DNA of 61,797 bases, filler included, from Sanchytrium tribonematis (taxonomy: Eukaryota), in the NCBI GenBank assembly GCA_018985235.1. It is 7 parts of 7 records of this genome, joined end to end, with 100 filler letters (N's around TTAATTAATTAA, not from the genome) between each part and the next. Parts side by side here need not be neighbours in the genome. Positions count along the whole stretch, not along the records: positions 1 to 8,796 come from JADGIG010000359.1; positions 8,897 to 17,686 come from JADGIG010000360.1; 5 more parts are not named here. One strand, 5' to 3'. Every line of letters begins with the position of its first letter. Position 1 is the stretch's first letter. A program made the translations under genes and the position numbers. The notes under the pieces were generated by a model, which worked only from the letters and a program-made list of their open reading frames with translations, did not search any database and had not been told where the DNA came from. Below are positions 1-11,636 of the stretch, one piece after another.

Positions 1-251
1 ATCCTCATTATTTGTGGAGATATGAGGATTAAACCCAGTTTCAAAAATACCTAAAATGGGGTTTCTATTATATCTTTGTCAATCGCTTAGGCTGCGTTCA
101 GAAATTCATCGGGAAGTGTTCCCGAAATTTAGAGATTTTAGACTAAAGATGATTGGTTTCGGGAAAGCTAAACATGTGCAAAATTTAGTAAATTGATTGG
201 CCAGTTCTTTAATAAATTCTTTACTTCCGGATTTTTAATCGGGAAGTCCAA

Positions 252-926
252 ATGCCACCAAAACCAGAGAAAAAAGAAAAAAAACCGTCCGCAAAAGTCG
301 AAAAAGTTGTAATTAAGCCTTCTTTGAGTGATCTACCATTTGAATTTCGAGAAGATGTGTTAAAATGCTACTTGGAAAACTTCGACCGTATTACCGCTGC
401 TTCAAATGTCAGTAAAGGCTATATTAATTCTGAATTGGCTGCTTCTTATTTCTGTGATCGAGTTTACGAGCCAAATTTCAAAAGATCAAGAATTGTTGGC
501 ACAATTATTCCCTTGATTTTGTCTTCTGAGCGTCGTAGATACCGTGATGTACTGAAAATTCGAAAAACATCTGGGACAGAAGCTGCGAAAGCAGCATATG
601 ATTTATTTGTTGTTGCAGAATCAGTATTTTCAAAGGAATTGGAATTCCAAGCCAAAAATGAAGTGCAAGAGACTCCGCTACCAGAATATGTTGATTCTGA
701 GAACGTGGAGCCGTCATCAGATACTTCCAGCATCAAATCCAAGGATAAGTTAAAGAAAAACAAAAATGAGGATATTTTACTTGCTATTCAATCAACAATC
801 AATCGCAGCTGCACTTCTTTTGATCAATTATCTAATGGATTGTTGGAATTAATCAATCTTGAGAAACAGGAAATCATTGAAAGGCAAGTAAAGAAATTCA
901 AGGAAAATCATGAAAATGAGAAATAA
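252..926 (+). CDS. Harbinger ORF2 (putative DNA-binding accessory protein)
   Basis: 224-aa ORF inside the TIRs, convergent with the transposase as in PIF/Harbinger; a Myb/SANT motif is not clearly recognisable. Confidence 0.6.
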   Translation: MPPKPEKKEKKPSAKVEKVVIKPSLSDLPFEFREDVLKCYLENFDRITAASNVSKGYINSELAASYFCDRVYEPNFKRSRIVGTIIPLILSSERRRYRDVLKIRKTSGTEAAKAAYDLFVVAESVFSKELEFQAKNEVQETPLPEYVDSENVEPSSDTSSIKSKDKLKKNKNEDILLAIQSTINRSCTSFDQLSNGLLELINLEKQEIIERQVKKFKENHENEK

Positions 927-932
927 ATATAT

Positions 933-2124
933 TTATTGGATGAATCTATCAATTAATGATTGTCTTCGTTGTTGCCCGGCTGCTCTTCTTGTATTATCAG
1001 AAGTATATCTATGTATTTCTCCCATTTCCTGTCGTAATTGATCTAATTGATTATTGTAGAATTCTTCATTCGAATTGTATTCAAAACATGCCGTGTCAAT
1101 GTCTTGATAATCAATACCCAGATTATACAATACTAGTATACTATTCACTAGTTTTATATGACGTGCCCATGATATTTTGGATGGTCTTGCTAAATATCTG
1201 AATTTCTTTTTCAAAATTCCAAATGTTTTTTCAATTTTACACCTTGCCTTGCTCAGTTGAAAATTGAATTGCCCCCTCTCATATGGCAGATATGCCACTT
1301 GACTCTTATCAAATGTAGTCATAATGTGGGGTTCAATACCAAATCCAGAATCTCCCAAGACAAAATAAGAAGGGGGAAGTCTCTGAATCCATTTGTATAA
1401 ATTTGAATCTTTTACCTACATTAAATATATATACTATAGAACTATCTGCACAACAACCTGTGTGTCCTGTTGTAACACCTATTATACGCTGTCTATAATC
1501 ACAAACAATAACAATGAGATGTGAGTACCATCCTTTAAAATTGTAAATTGATCTTTCATCTACTCCATCTGGCTTGTCTAGTGGTATATGACAACCATCT
1601 ATAGCTGCAATAGCTCCTTCAAGTACTGTAGACTGACTCATTCCCTCCACCATTTCTGCCATGACATTTGGATCATTTGGCAATTTAATGGTTTCATTTT
1701 TAATTTGAAGAACAAGATCAACCATTTCCCAAACAATTTCATATGCAGTGGCAGTTCCAATGCCAAAAAAACAACCCAACAGACAGTAATCAATGTTATG
1801 TCCCACAAAACACAAATAAATTCCAAGTCTTGTTGAAAATTTAATTTTGGGTCTACCCCGTAAACTAATGGGCCAAAGTGGTCTCAATTTATCATGTAAT
1901 AATTGAAATGCGTCCGGTGAAAATCTAAATATCCTTTTAAACTCTACATGGCTAATGCTCTCTTCATTTATCATTTCAAATGGATCATGTAAGCGATCTC
2001 GTTGAAATATCTGCCTTGTAATATAAATATTGACATCTAAATTGCAAATCATGGCTTGGAATTGCATTATATCAAGTTGCTTCTTCATAGCGCAAAGCAG
2101 CATCAAAACCAATTTGGTATTCAT
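933..2124 (-). CDS. Harbinger (HARBI1-like, DDE_Tnp_4) transposase; exons 2124-1435 and 1415-933
   Basis: GAIAAIDGCHI, YNFKGWYS, DSS, LGDSGF, RCKIEKTFGILKKKFR motifs; the two ORFs join in frame after removing a 19-nt intron. Confidence 0.9.
1416..1434 (-). other. 19-nt spliceosomal intron GTATATATATTTAATGTAG
   Basis: Removal gives ADSSI|VKDSNLYKWIQRLPPSYFVLGDSGF. Confidence 0.85.
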
Positions 2125-2243
2125 AACAAGGAGATCTGGAACAGTATTTATTGAATGATTTGCCGATTGGGAACCATTGGTAATAAAATTTAGAGGGCCT
2201 CTAAATTTCGGGAACACTTCCCGATGAATTTCTGAACGCAACC

Positions 2244-2366
2244 TAAAGTGTTTATTGAGAGTATCGTAATTGATTTGTATCAATAATTGCAATTTGTTGG
2301 GCTTTCACCAATTGTATACTTGTCCTAAATATTTTCTCCTTCTACTTCAGATGTCACTGACTTGTA
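2244..2366. repeat. Orphan copy of the Tc1 element end, 123-bp direct repeat of 4672-4794
   Basis: Sequence appears identical to 4672-4794 and includes the TIR. Confidence 0.9.
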
Positions 2367-2644
2367 GTATGAAACCGAATCATGTCCGATCCGTCGAATT
2401 TGTAGCACAAAATCGCTTTTCAAAAGTCGTGATTGTGTTATATCTATAAAACTTGACTAAAAATGTGCTGGTAACACTCAAAACAGACCACCTTAACAAC
2501 TTAATTTTACAGTGAGCGACATTGAAACGTAGAAAAATTGACCAGGCTGCAAAATAAGATGGTGTTCATGGGATATATGCGCAAAGTATCTACTTTTTTT
2601 TTAATTATTTATTGAGATTTGAAGCTCCCGTAATGCCAGTTACT

Positions 2645-3407
2645 CTAGGTAACACTGGATGTGATCTTACAGACATCGTGTAGTTGATGTAAATCCATTA
2701 ACAACTCATATCTTTCAGTCGCTGCTTCTTTCCAGTATTTCAATCTAAAGACATCATCACGTGGTTTTTGCTTGCGGAGTCTCTTTGGTATCTTGCTTAT
2801 TTTCAATTCAAGAGGTGCAAATAGAGATTGGCTGTGAAAATGAGTCAGTAAATCGCTTGCATGATTTAATCCATTTGGATTCTCATCATCATGTCCTTTG
2901 ACATATTCAAATGTATATCTATTCACGCTTGAATACACTTGTGCTATCAAATCATTACAGTATACATGATAGAATGGTGTCGTATTTGCTTTGGTGTGCT
3001 CAAAAGCACTTATTGCGGATTCGCTGTCACAGAAAATGGTAATGGAATGGTTTAAAGTATTTGGTATCTGTTCAGCTACTTTGATACTACAGCACATGGC
3101 AGCTATCTCACTGCGAGTTGAATCATCAATAGCCAATTTTTCCAATTTGAATGATTTATTATAATAATCGGATTTGTTAATAATGATAATTCCGGCTGTT
3201 GCTTGTGTTGTGGGATGTTGGTGAAAACTTGCGTCACTATAAATATGTGTTGTATTGTCATCCATGGAACTTTGATAATTTTGCAAATGGATTCTCCATG
3301 AATCAGGGAGTGAAACAACACGCTGATTGTATGTTTTCGAGCACATTTGTGCGTCATTTTTTATGATTTTAGAGTGACATTGATAAATATGATGGTAGAT
3401 CAAAGTG
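2645..3407 (-). pseudogene. RNase H type I domain, probably the 3' end of a non-LTR retrotransposon
   Basis: IYSDAS, STRSEIAA, IFCDSESAI, YVKGH...NHASD catalytic motifs; A9 tract on the minus strand at 2594-2602; 5' side abuts the Tc1 TIR. Confidence 0.7.
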
Positions 3408-3409
3408 TA

Positions 3410-4792
3410 CAGTGACATCTGAAGTAGAAGGAGAAATATAAAATAAAAATTTGTGTATATAGAACATTAAAAATTAGCAATTTATTGTTTAGTATTTGGT
3501 AGTATTTCCGTTGTTTTTTAAGCACATCTCAATGCGTCTTGGAATGCTCTCATATAATTTAGGACAGTGCTTTTCACAAATTTCATCCCACATTTCAGTC
3601 ACCCATTTTAGCAATTCATCAAAGTTTTCTGGTGTTCCTCTTTCCCCAATAGCTTTTTTCAAGTAAGCCCATATATTTTCTATTGGTGAGAGATCAGGGC
3701 TATTCGGAGGCCACTCTATAACGTCGATCCCATTTTCATCCAAAAAATCAGTGACAATTTCTGCAGTATGAGCAGACGCATTATCTTGCTGCAACACATA
3801 GCCATGTTCCTCCAAAAAGCGGTAATTCGGTAAAAATGATTCTCGCAAAATTGCCTCGTATGTGACGGCATTAACCGTGCCATCTGAAACAACAATGCTG
3901 CCACCACCCCCTGCATGAATATAAGCCCACAATAACATTTTTGGAGGGAACTTGCGTGTTTTTACCTTGTCCCATTCTTTCACAGGTTCACCTTTCATTC
4001 TCACGGTTGTACAGCCTCCTGAATTATCCAATTCTAGATAACTTTCATCACTAAAAAGAACGTAGTTAAAATCGTAATTTTTATATTTTTTGCACCAATT
4101 AACTCTTTTTTTACGTTGTTCTTTGTTCAGTAACTGGCATTTTGTTTTTTTGTACGTTTTAATACCCAGATAATTGCACTTTCTTAGGAATTGTTTGTAC
4201 CCACATTTTGGCGCCACATCATTGTACAAACTCTTCAAACAAGAATGGAATCGCTTTTTGGACATAAGCACAATATACTTTTCCTCGCTATTTCGTGGTT
4301 TTCCATTTTTTGAGCTGCCTTGTTTCATATTTTTGGCCTTATTCTCCTTAAATGATTTTAAATCACCCTTAATATGCTTGGAGATGGTGCTTAATGAACG
4401 TCCAGTAGTGTTCCTTATTTGTTCATGGGTCATACCCCCATGCTTAAGGCCTAAAATGTAGTTGTGTTCTAAGTCGGAAACTTGCTCGTACTTTCTCATT
4501 TGCGTTACCAGTTTACACGAATAGGTAGTTTTATTCGCTGCACGTGCAATAACCAATAGAATGAATAAAAAATAATCATTGTTTTGTTTTGAATGCAAGT
4601 GAAAAAAAGCAACAAAATTTCAATAATTTTTTCAGTTTTTATTTTCGATTGAATTGGTCAAATAATAAGTGTAAAGTGTTTATTGAGAGTATCGTAATTG
4701 ATTTGTATCAATAATTGCAATTTGTTGGGCTTTCACCAATTGTATACTTGTCCTAAATATTTTCTCCTTCTACTTCAGATGTCACTGACTTG
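3410..4792. mobile_element. Tc1/mariner (DD34E) transposon
   Basis: 27-bp TIRs CAGTGACATCTGAAGTAGAAGGAGAAA at 3410-3436 and 4761-4787; TA at 3408-3409 and 4793-4794. Confidence 0.9.
3489..4499 (-). CDS. Tc1 transposase, DD34E, apparently intact
   Basis: N-terminal HTH, FSDES, QQDNASAH, WPPNSPDLSPIENIW; 34 residues between the second D and E. Confidence 0.95.
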   Translation of the reverse strand: MRKYEQVSDLEHNYILGLKHGGMTHEQIRNTTGRSLSTISKHIKGDLKSFKENKAKNMKQGSSKNGKPRNSEEKYIVLMSKKRFHSCLKSLYNDVAPKCGYKQFLRKCNYLGIKTYKKTKCQLLNKEQRKKRVNWCKKYKNYDFNYVLFSDESYLELDNSGGCTTVRMKGEPVKEWDKVKTRKFPPKMLLWAYIHAGGGGSIVVSDGTVNAVTYEAILRESFLPNYRFLEEHGYVLQQDNASAHTAEIVTDFLDENGIDVIEWPPNSPDLSPIENIWAYLKKAIGERGTPENFDELLKWVTEMWDEICEKHCPKLYESIPRRIEMCLKNNGNTTKY

Positions 4793-4924
4793 TAATTAAT
4801 TTCCGGATCTCGGCCAATTGATCTCATTGATGAAATTGATAGCTAGACGATGACAATTTATGCACGAGAAGAAGTCGGCTCTCCAAACTGCATTGAAGAC
4901 ACCAAACTCGTAGCAGACACAATT

Positions 4925-5645
4925 GAATATCTCAAGATCATAAGCTACAACGGGTGTGGTGCACGTCAGGAATGCTCCAAACTGAATTGGAAGCCTTGAC
5001 AAAATTTTGCGGTCGACCACAAGTCATCAACATTACCGAATTCCGGAGCCACAAACCCTTATTTCTCAAAGGATACACTTTGTTTTAACTTAAATCTTTA
5101 TCTGGATAGATCGACAAGTTTTCTTGTTCTCCCTCCAGGCACCTCTTCTTATCAGTTCGCAAAGCTGCTGTGACCACACTTTTAAAATTTGCAATTCAAA
5201 TTTCCCCCCTCGCATGAAGGTGCATTCAAAACCTATTTATAATGAATGCTTATTGGGATCTGAATCAAATCTCTGCTTTTAGGTGACTTCAATCAATTCG
5301 TAAGACATTTGCACAATATCTTTGACCGAAACGTCGGAGATTTCTCAAATTTGAGAATAGTCACTCCTAATTTCCATTAAACACACCTTTGGTAGCAACC
5401 ATATGTAGCTCTGAGAACATTTAGGATCACTACGACCAAATGTAACCAACATCAACCTAATCAAATTTCAAAATTCTTCTGTCATTAGTGATTTGGATGC
5501 AGTTGAAGAAGATTCTCCTCTGAAATCAATGACGACATTGCCATCGGTCCCCTTGGAGATAGATATCGGGTGGAAATTGAACTGCCAAAAAAGAAAATCA
5601 ATGGACTAGTCATTTCGGAAACTCACGTCGATCACCTGATCAGAG
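4925..5645 (+). pseudogene. Degenerate APE-type endonuclease remnants (non-LTR retrotransposon)
   Basis: Motif-like pieces LKIISYNGCG, LLLGDFN and LVISETH, interrupted by stops and partly out of canonical order. Confidence 0.35.
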
Positions 5646-5928
5646 GATAAAAGAATTCAGATTCAAATTTATTGATTATTTAGACAGCAGGACATTCAGC
5701 ACTAGCAATGATGCAATAATTTGCTTTCTGATAAATCAATAGCCTTCAATAACTTTAAGAGATATTCTTCTCTAATTCGTGAAAATCATAAATTCACTCC
5801 CAAACACTCATATCCCATCAATCTGACCATACTGATAAATATGGGGTCATTTCAGTACATTATCAACCAAAATTGCGACTTAAATCCTTCACCAAGGATC
5901 TTCATTAGCTAATTGTGAAATTGCAGTT

Positions 5929-6139
5929 CCAATACCAGCAATACTCGTACAAAAAAATATTGCAAAAGTATTTCTAACGAATTTTTAAAAACGCAATACT
6001 CCATACCATTGTTCTAAAAATAGCAATACCAATACCTTCAAGTCAAAATTTGGCAATACTTGCCAATAGTCGCAATACAAAATGGTTAGCAATTCCTGGT
6101 ATTTTTCTAAGGTATTGCAAGTATTGTCTCATGATACTA
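5929..6139. repeat. Cluster of (G)CAATAC/GTATTG motifs, likely subterminal repeats of a decayed DNA transposon
   Basis: About 8-10 copies of CAATAC and near variants, with inverted copies near the right end. Confidence 0.5.
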
Positions 6140-7079
6140 CTAATTTATTTATCCTTGGAGTCGGGTGTGCAGATCATTTCAACAGTAGGATTAAATTTTA
6201 GAATGGGTCCTGCTTGTAATGTAGCTGGTAGGGTTCGATTACATCAATCTCCGCAAAACTAGATGACTCAGAATTACATACTTAACGCTCGAGAAGTATC
6301 TTCCACATTGTTTGTGGGTGCGATATAATTAATTAATTGACACCCATATTCCTTCCCGACGATTACAGTAGCTTTGCGACACTCATTTTAGTTTCAGTGT
6401 CTTGAGTATTGTTTCTTTCCATTAAACTAGGTTTTAAAAATGATGCACACTTTTCTTTCTCTACCAATTCCAGTGATAAACTCTGGTTAACGTTGTTGTG
6501 AACACACTGGTGGGGACTGCGTAGACCTTGTAATCCTGACGTTACACTTCATTGAGATCAATCCAATCACAGTGCCTGGGGGTAATCATGTGGTTACACG
6601 ATGGCGACATAATAGCGGAAGCTTCCCAAAATCAATAACTTTAGTGATAACTTTGACAGCGGACGACTCCAGAACACAACAGACGTCCTAATGCTGGGGA
6701 ATCTGTTTTTTAAAAAAATCGTTTAAAATCTCAATTTGGGTTGATTAATAGGCGAAATATACAATATATTAGTAACGCTCTGCGGAAATTAACTGTACTT
6801 GCCGGGTAGAGAAGTGTATCTCTAGCTGATATAAATGGGTTATTACAACTCCGAACCAGCTGACACCCTTGTTTATTGATTTTAATTATTGGAAATTTCC
6901 ATTTTTAACTTCGTGAAATGTGTTTTAAGGGTGGTTTGATTTTTTTTGATAGAGGGTGAAACATTAAAATGGCAAGAACGAAGACTTCAATTATTGCCAA
7001 AATGATAAAAGCTTATTCATATCGACTTTCCCCAAATTTACCAGATAAAAATACAACAATAAAATACTTTTTTTGAAAC

Positions 7080-8796
7080 ATGTTAATTGATTTTTTCGAA
7101 AGACTTAATCGAGAGATAGAAAATAATCTAATATTTGGAGAGATGATAAGAGAAACAGTCCGTAATTTTGTCCATTATAATAGAAGTAACTTGAGAAGAA
7201 CGTCAGGATATATTAATATTTTAGATTATAACTTTCAAGAAGTGCAACGTCATTATTTTAATGAAGTTACTTGTCAACTATTTTATGAGTTAAATGAATC
7301 CCATTCTAATTTTCATTTTTATAGAACTGGGTTTTTAACTCACCAAGCATTTGAGAGATATAGTTCTTATTATAGATTTTTATCGCATGTTCCAGGTAAA
7401 GGTTCGGAAGTAGAACCTATTGATTACTTAAATTTTGACATTAATTGTTGTTTGTGTAGTAATTGTAATATTTTAAAAAAGAAAACTGCAATAAAGGTTA
7501 ATTATGAAACAATACCATTTACTTGGAAATGCAGGAATGGGTTCCAATACATTAAGATGAAAATCCAACCTTCAATTTAAACTCGGAACAATTACATGGT
7601 TTAACATATTTAAATAATCATCGTGATCAATATGCAAGATCAAACGGCGATGTATTTGTTATGCCACGAAACTTAAATCAAAGATTAGTAGGAACTCGGC
7701 ACGCCGAGCCTGCTGTTTTACCCTTTGGAGAACGCGTTACCGTAACCGAGGATGTAAATGTAGCAATGCGATCGATTTTTACAATTACATTTGATAATAT
7801 TGAAGTCAGAACATTTCCATATCTATTCTCGTATGGATACAATTTGCCCGCAAATATTTCGAAAGCAAAACTTATAAGAGAATTACTTTTTCATTCAGAT
7901 TCACGTTTTTGGTGTTGTTTCGATTGGTGTTTTTTCAAATATGATAAAATTGAATATGATCGAATTCAATTTGATGGAAATAGAGTTTCTCGTAATAGTG
8001 GCAATCATTTGAGTGCTGGTTAAGTTTTAAGTAGATCTAACTATACAGGGGAACAAATTTTCAACGACGACACAACTCGTAAATTGCCCGTTACAATAAG
8101 AAGTAGTAATACTTTTTTAGAAAAAATAAGGTGTGATCTCTTATGTTATATAGCGACATTTGGGACTCCGCATTTATTTATAACTTTAAATTGCAATGAA
8201 AATAATTATGGACAATTATATGCTTACATACAACAATATGGAAAAATTGATGAAAATTTAGACAGCATGTGGTATGTCCAAAATTCAGTTCTAAGTAATC
8301 ATTATTGTTACGAACGAATCAACAAAATGATCAATTTTATTACCATTAATGGATATTGTGGATATGCCATAAAATATCACTTTAGGAGATACGAGTTTCA
8401 ACAAAGGGGTACTGTTCATTGTCATTTATTACTATGGTTAAACGATACAAATGTATCCTCAGAAATGCTTTTTACAGATTTACTAAATTCTATTAGTGGT
8501 CATATTCCTGATTATAATGACGATCCAATGCTATTTTACGTTGTTAATCGCTATCAAAGACATTCCCATGGAGCTTATTGTACTTCAAATGGCACCTCAA
8601 GATATAGATTTAATTATCCCAAAATTGTTTCGTCAGAAAGTTTTTTTGATTTTCAAAACTTCAGATACGTTTTAAAAAGAAGTGCAGCAGATGTCATGAT
8701 TAAGTCTTACAATTCTAAAAATATGGGGTAGTAATATGGACATCAAAATTGTGACTTCCGAAATTGTTGCTAAATATATTACCAAATACTGCACCC
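7080..8796 (+). pseudogene. Helitron Rep (HUH) region, disrupted and truncated by the contig end
   Basis: TFPYLFSYG, FGTPHLFITL, EFQQRGTVHCHLLLW, RFNYPK, WGSNMDIK and YITKY motifs; in-frame TAA at 8021-8023 plus frameshifts. Confidence 0.88.
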
Positions 8797-8896
8797 NNNN
8801 NNNNNNNNNNNNNNNNNNNNNNNNNNNNNNNNNNNNNNNNTTAATTAATTAANNNNNNNNNNNNNNNNNNNNNNNNNNNNNNNNNNNNNNNNNNNN
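8797..8896. other. Artificial contig spacer
   Basis: 44 N + TTAATTAATTAA (stops in six frames) + 44 N. Confidence 0.99.
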
Positions 8897-9477
8897 CATT
8901 GGGATTATTCATTTCTCAATGCGCCAATGAAGCCTTTAAAAACACCGTCATGACATTTGAAACAACCCCAAGTTTCGTCGCATTAAAAAAAACAGATTCT
9001 CTAAAATCCATGGTGGATGAATTAAAGAATATTCCATGGGGTGGATCCACCAATTTCAATGCATGTTTTGATGTCATATTAGAAAGAGCATTAAATTTCC
9101 AATATCCCCAAAATCACTCTAAATATCCAAATCAAAAAGGATTAGCCAATGAACACATGCCTAGTAAAATTATTTGCATTAGTGACATGCAATTTAATGT
9201 TGCTGGCCAAATGACTAATTTAGAGCATATTATTGCCAAATATGATCAATCTGGCTATAAAATGCCTAAATTGGTATTTTGGAATGTGCGTGCCAATACA
9301 ATTGATTTCCCAGCTACTCAAAATGACAATGTGGCATTGATTAGTGGATTTAATACGAGTATTTTAAAGACCATTATGAAGGGAGAATTGGCTAATCCAT
9401 TTCAAGTGATGATGGATGCTATTTCTGATGAGAGATATAGCTCATTAAAGATTCATGAGGCATTTGAAGTGATTTAA
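8897..9477 (+). CDS. DUF2828-like vWA-domain protein, C-terminal part
   Basis: PWGGSTNF, ISDMQF, PKLVFWNVRA, VALISGF motifs; 5' truncated by the contig start. Confidence 0.8.
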
Positions 9478-9569
9478 AATGCAACCAATAAATATTGAGA
9501 ATTTATTCACTTTTTTAATGAAATTATCTCTGGCTCTAATCCAGCTAAGCTAAGATTCAATAAATGTAA

Positions 9570-10169
9570 TTTATTTTGGACATTCTTTGCCATATTCACT
9601 AGCACATTTAGTACCATATTTTTCTGTCTCGTCTGTTGATCTACAACTGCCTGCAACACCATATAAATTGCAATATAAATTTGGATCACATTTCAAAACA
9701 TCTGCTGTTTTTTTGGTGCAATCGATATTGACGAGTCCACAGTCTACTGTAAAGCTTGCGGCTGCACTTGTGTTGTTACAATATTTAGTAATTGAACTCT
9801 TTTGTTCATCAGATAATGGTTTTTTAGCTTGTCCAACTCCAGAAGGATTGGATGGTTTGCTTGAGCTGTCATCAGCTTTACAATTGCCAAATCTACCACC
9901 ATTGAATAATTTACAGTGGTGTTATTCTGGACATTTGGTTTGGTTTTTGAATTACCAGAATTGTCACATAAGAATTTCAAGCAACTGCCTTGTGCACTAA
10001 ACTCACGAATGCAATCTGGTTCTCTTAAAGGGGTAGATGCTTTTACACATTCATTTTTGGAACATGCGAAACCAGTTTTGCAGCGAAGTGTGCGTTTATC
10101 ATTAATGATTCCACATTTAATGGGTTTTGAGTCGCTAGCCATAATGGATAGAAGCAGAAGGTAAATCAT
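9570..10169 (-). pseudogene. Cys-rich secreted protein, frameshifted or disrupted
   Basis: MIYLLLLSIMA start with a Cys-rich frame; a second Cys-rich frame (HHCKLFNGGRFGNC...KECPK) continues after a shift near 9920-9945. Confidence 0.45.
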
Positions 10170-10404
10170 ATGGAATGGGGATGGTAGAGACTTAAATAAC
10201 AATTCAAAATACATCAGGCCAATTGATTGGCGATAGTGTGCTTGCTTGAGAATCATTGATTGGCTTGCTGCACGGGTCACGATTATTCATTCAGACATGA
10301 TCAGTCTAAATTTATGAAGGGCATTCTTCACCAAATTCACTTGAGCATTTGGGGTTTGCCTAGTATTCACAAAAATATCAAGCCATTTATTTATTTTTTG
10401 AAAC

Positions 10405-11613
10405 ATGAAAGTTTGCCTCGCATATTCAGGTGGATTGGACACTTCTGTTATTTTAAAATGGCTTATCAATCAAGGCTATGAAGTGATATGCTTCATGGCA
10501 GATGTGGGTCAAATTGAAGATTTCCAAGCAGCCAAACAAAAAGCCATGCAAATTGGTGCTTCAGAATGCATTATCAAAGATTTAAAGCATGAATTCCTTA
10601 CAACTACCATTTATCAAGCCATACAATCCAATGCCACATATGAAAATGTGTATTTATTGGGTACTGCATTAGCACGTCCCATTATTGCCAAATCTCAAAT
10701 TGAAACAGCTATTTCTCATAATTGTACGCATATTGGACATGGCTGTACTGGAAAAGGCAATGATCAATTGCGATTTGAATTGGCTTATATGACATTATCT
10801 CCAAAATTGAAAATCATTGCGCCATGGCGTCTGCCTGTCTTTTATAATGAATTTCAAGGCAGATCTGATTTAATCAAATTTGCCAATGAAAATGGGATTC
10901 CTGTTGATGCTACACCTAAACAACCTTGGTCTATGGATGAAAATATGTATCATTGCTCTTATGAAGCAGGAATTTTAGAAGATCCAAATCAAACACCCCC
11001 AAATGAAATGTGGAGAAACACATTAAATTTAATGGATGCTCAAAATACACCAGATTATATTGAATTAGAATTTAAAAAGGGATTGCCACACGCATTAAAA
11101 TGGTCAGATTCACCAGAAATGAACAAAAATTTACTCAATGATCCAATGGATATTTTCATGAAATTGACTGAATTTGCAAAACAGCATGGGATTGGTAGAA
11201 TTGATATTGTAGAGAATAGAACCATTGGAATGAAATCACGCGGGTGTTACGAGACGCCAGCAGGCACTATTATTCGTAAATTACATATGGATTTAGAAGG
11301 ATTGGTGATGGATAAACATGTTCGACGATATCGCGATGAATTATCTGTCAAATACGCTGAATTGCTGTATGATGGACAATATTTTGCACCTGAATGTCAA
11401 TTGATTATCAAGGCTATTCAAGAAACTCAATTACAAGTGCGTGGGAGTGTCAAATGCATGTTATTTAAAGGAAATATTGTGATTTTATCTCGTCATTCTG
11501 ATGATATGAAATATTCTAAAGAATTGGCATCTATGGATGAGATTGGTGATTATGATCCACAAGATGCAAATGGATTTATTAAATTAAATGGATTGCGACA
11601 TTTGCACAAATAA
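10405..11613 (+). CDS. ARG1: Argininosuccinate synthase
   Basis: LAYSGGLDTS, HGCTGKGNDQLRFE, SRGCYETPAG. Confidence 0.98.
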   Translation: MKVCLAYSGGLDTSVILKWLINQGYEVICFMADVGQIEDFQAAKQKAMQIGASECIIKDLKHEFLTTTIYQAIQSNATYENVYLLGTALARPIIAKSQIETAISHNCTHIGHGCTGKGNDQLRFELAYMTLSPKLKIIAPWRLPVFYNEFQGRSDLIKFANENGIPVDATPKQPWSMDENMYHCSYEAGILEDPNQTPPNEMWRNTLNLMDAQNTPDYIELEFKKGLPHALKWSDSPEMNKNLLNDPMDIFMKLTEFAKQHGIGRIDIVENRTIGMKSRGCYETPAGTIIRKLHMDLEGLVMDKHVRRYRDELSVKYAELLYDGQYFAPECQLIIKAIQETQLQVRGSVKCMLFKGNIVILSRHSDDMKYSKELASMDEIGDYDPQDANGFIKLNGLRHLHK

Positions 11614-11636
11614 ATTTGAAAATTAAAGATTTTAAA

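Larger units (their letters stand above)
90..2243. mobile_element. PIF/Harbinger DNA transposon with 45-bp TIRs and two convergent ORFs
   Basis: TIR GGCTGCGTTCAGAAATTCATCGGGAAGTGTTCCCGAAATTTAGAG at 90-134 and its inverse at 2199-2243 (1 mismatch); flanks TTA (87-89) and TAA (2244-2246). Confidence 0.93.

Noticed and set aside
2244..4794. 123-bp direct repeats as LTRs, or as ends of a composite Tc1 + RNase H element
   Set aside because: The repeat is a second copy of the Tc1 end; the Tc1 TIRs (3410-4787) exclude the RNase H ORF, which looks like a LINE 3' end
6140..7079. Long non-coding stretch as a possible snRNA or other ncRNA locus
   Set aside because: No U1/U2/U5/U6 or tRNA signature recognised by eye; may be Helitron 5' sequence; a covariance-model search is needed
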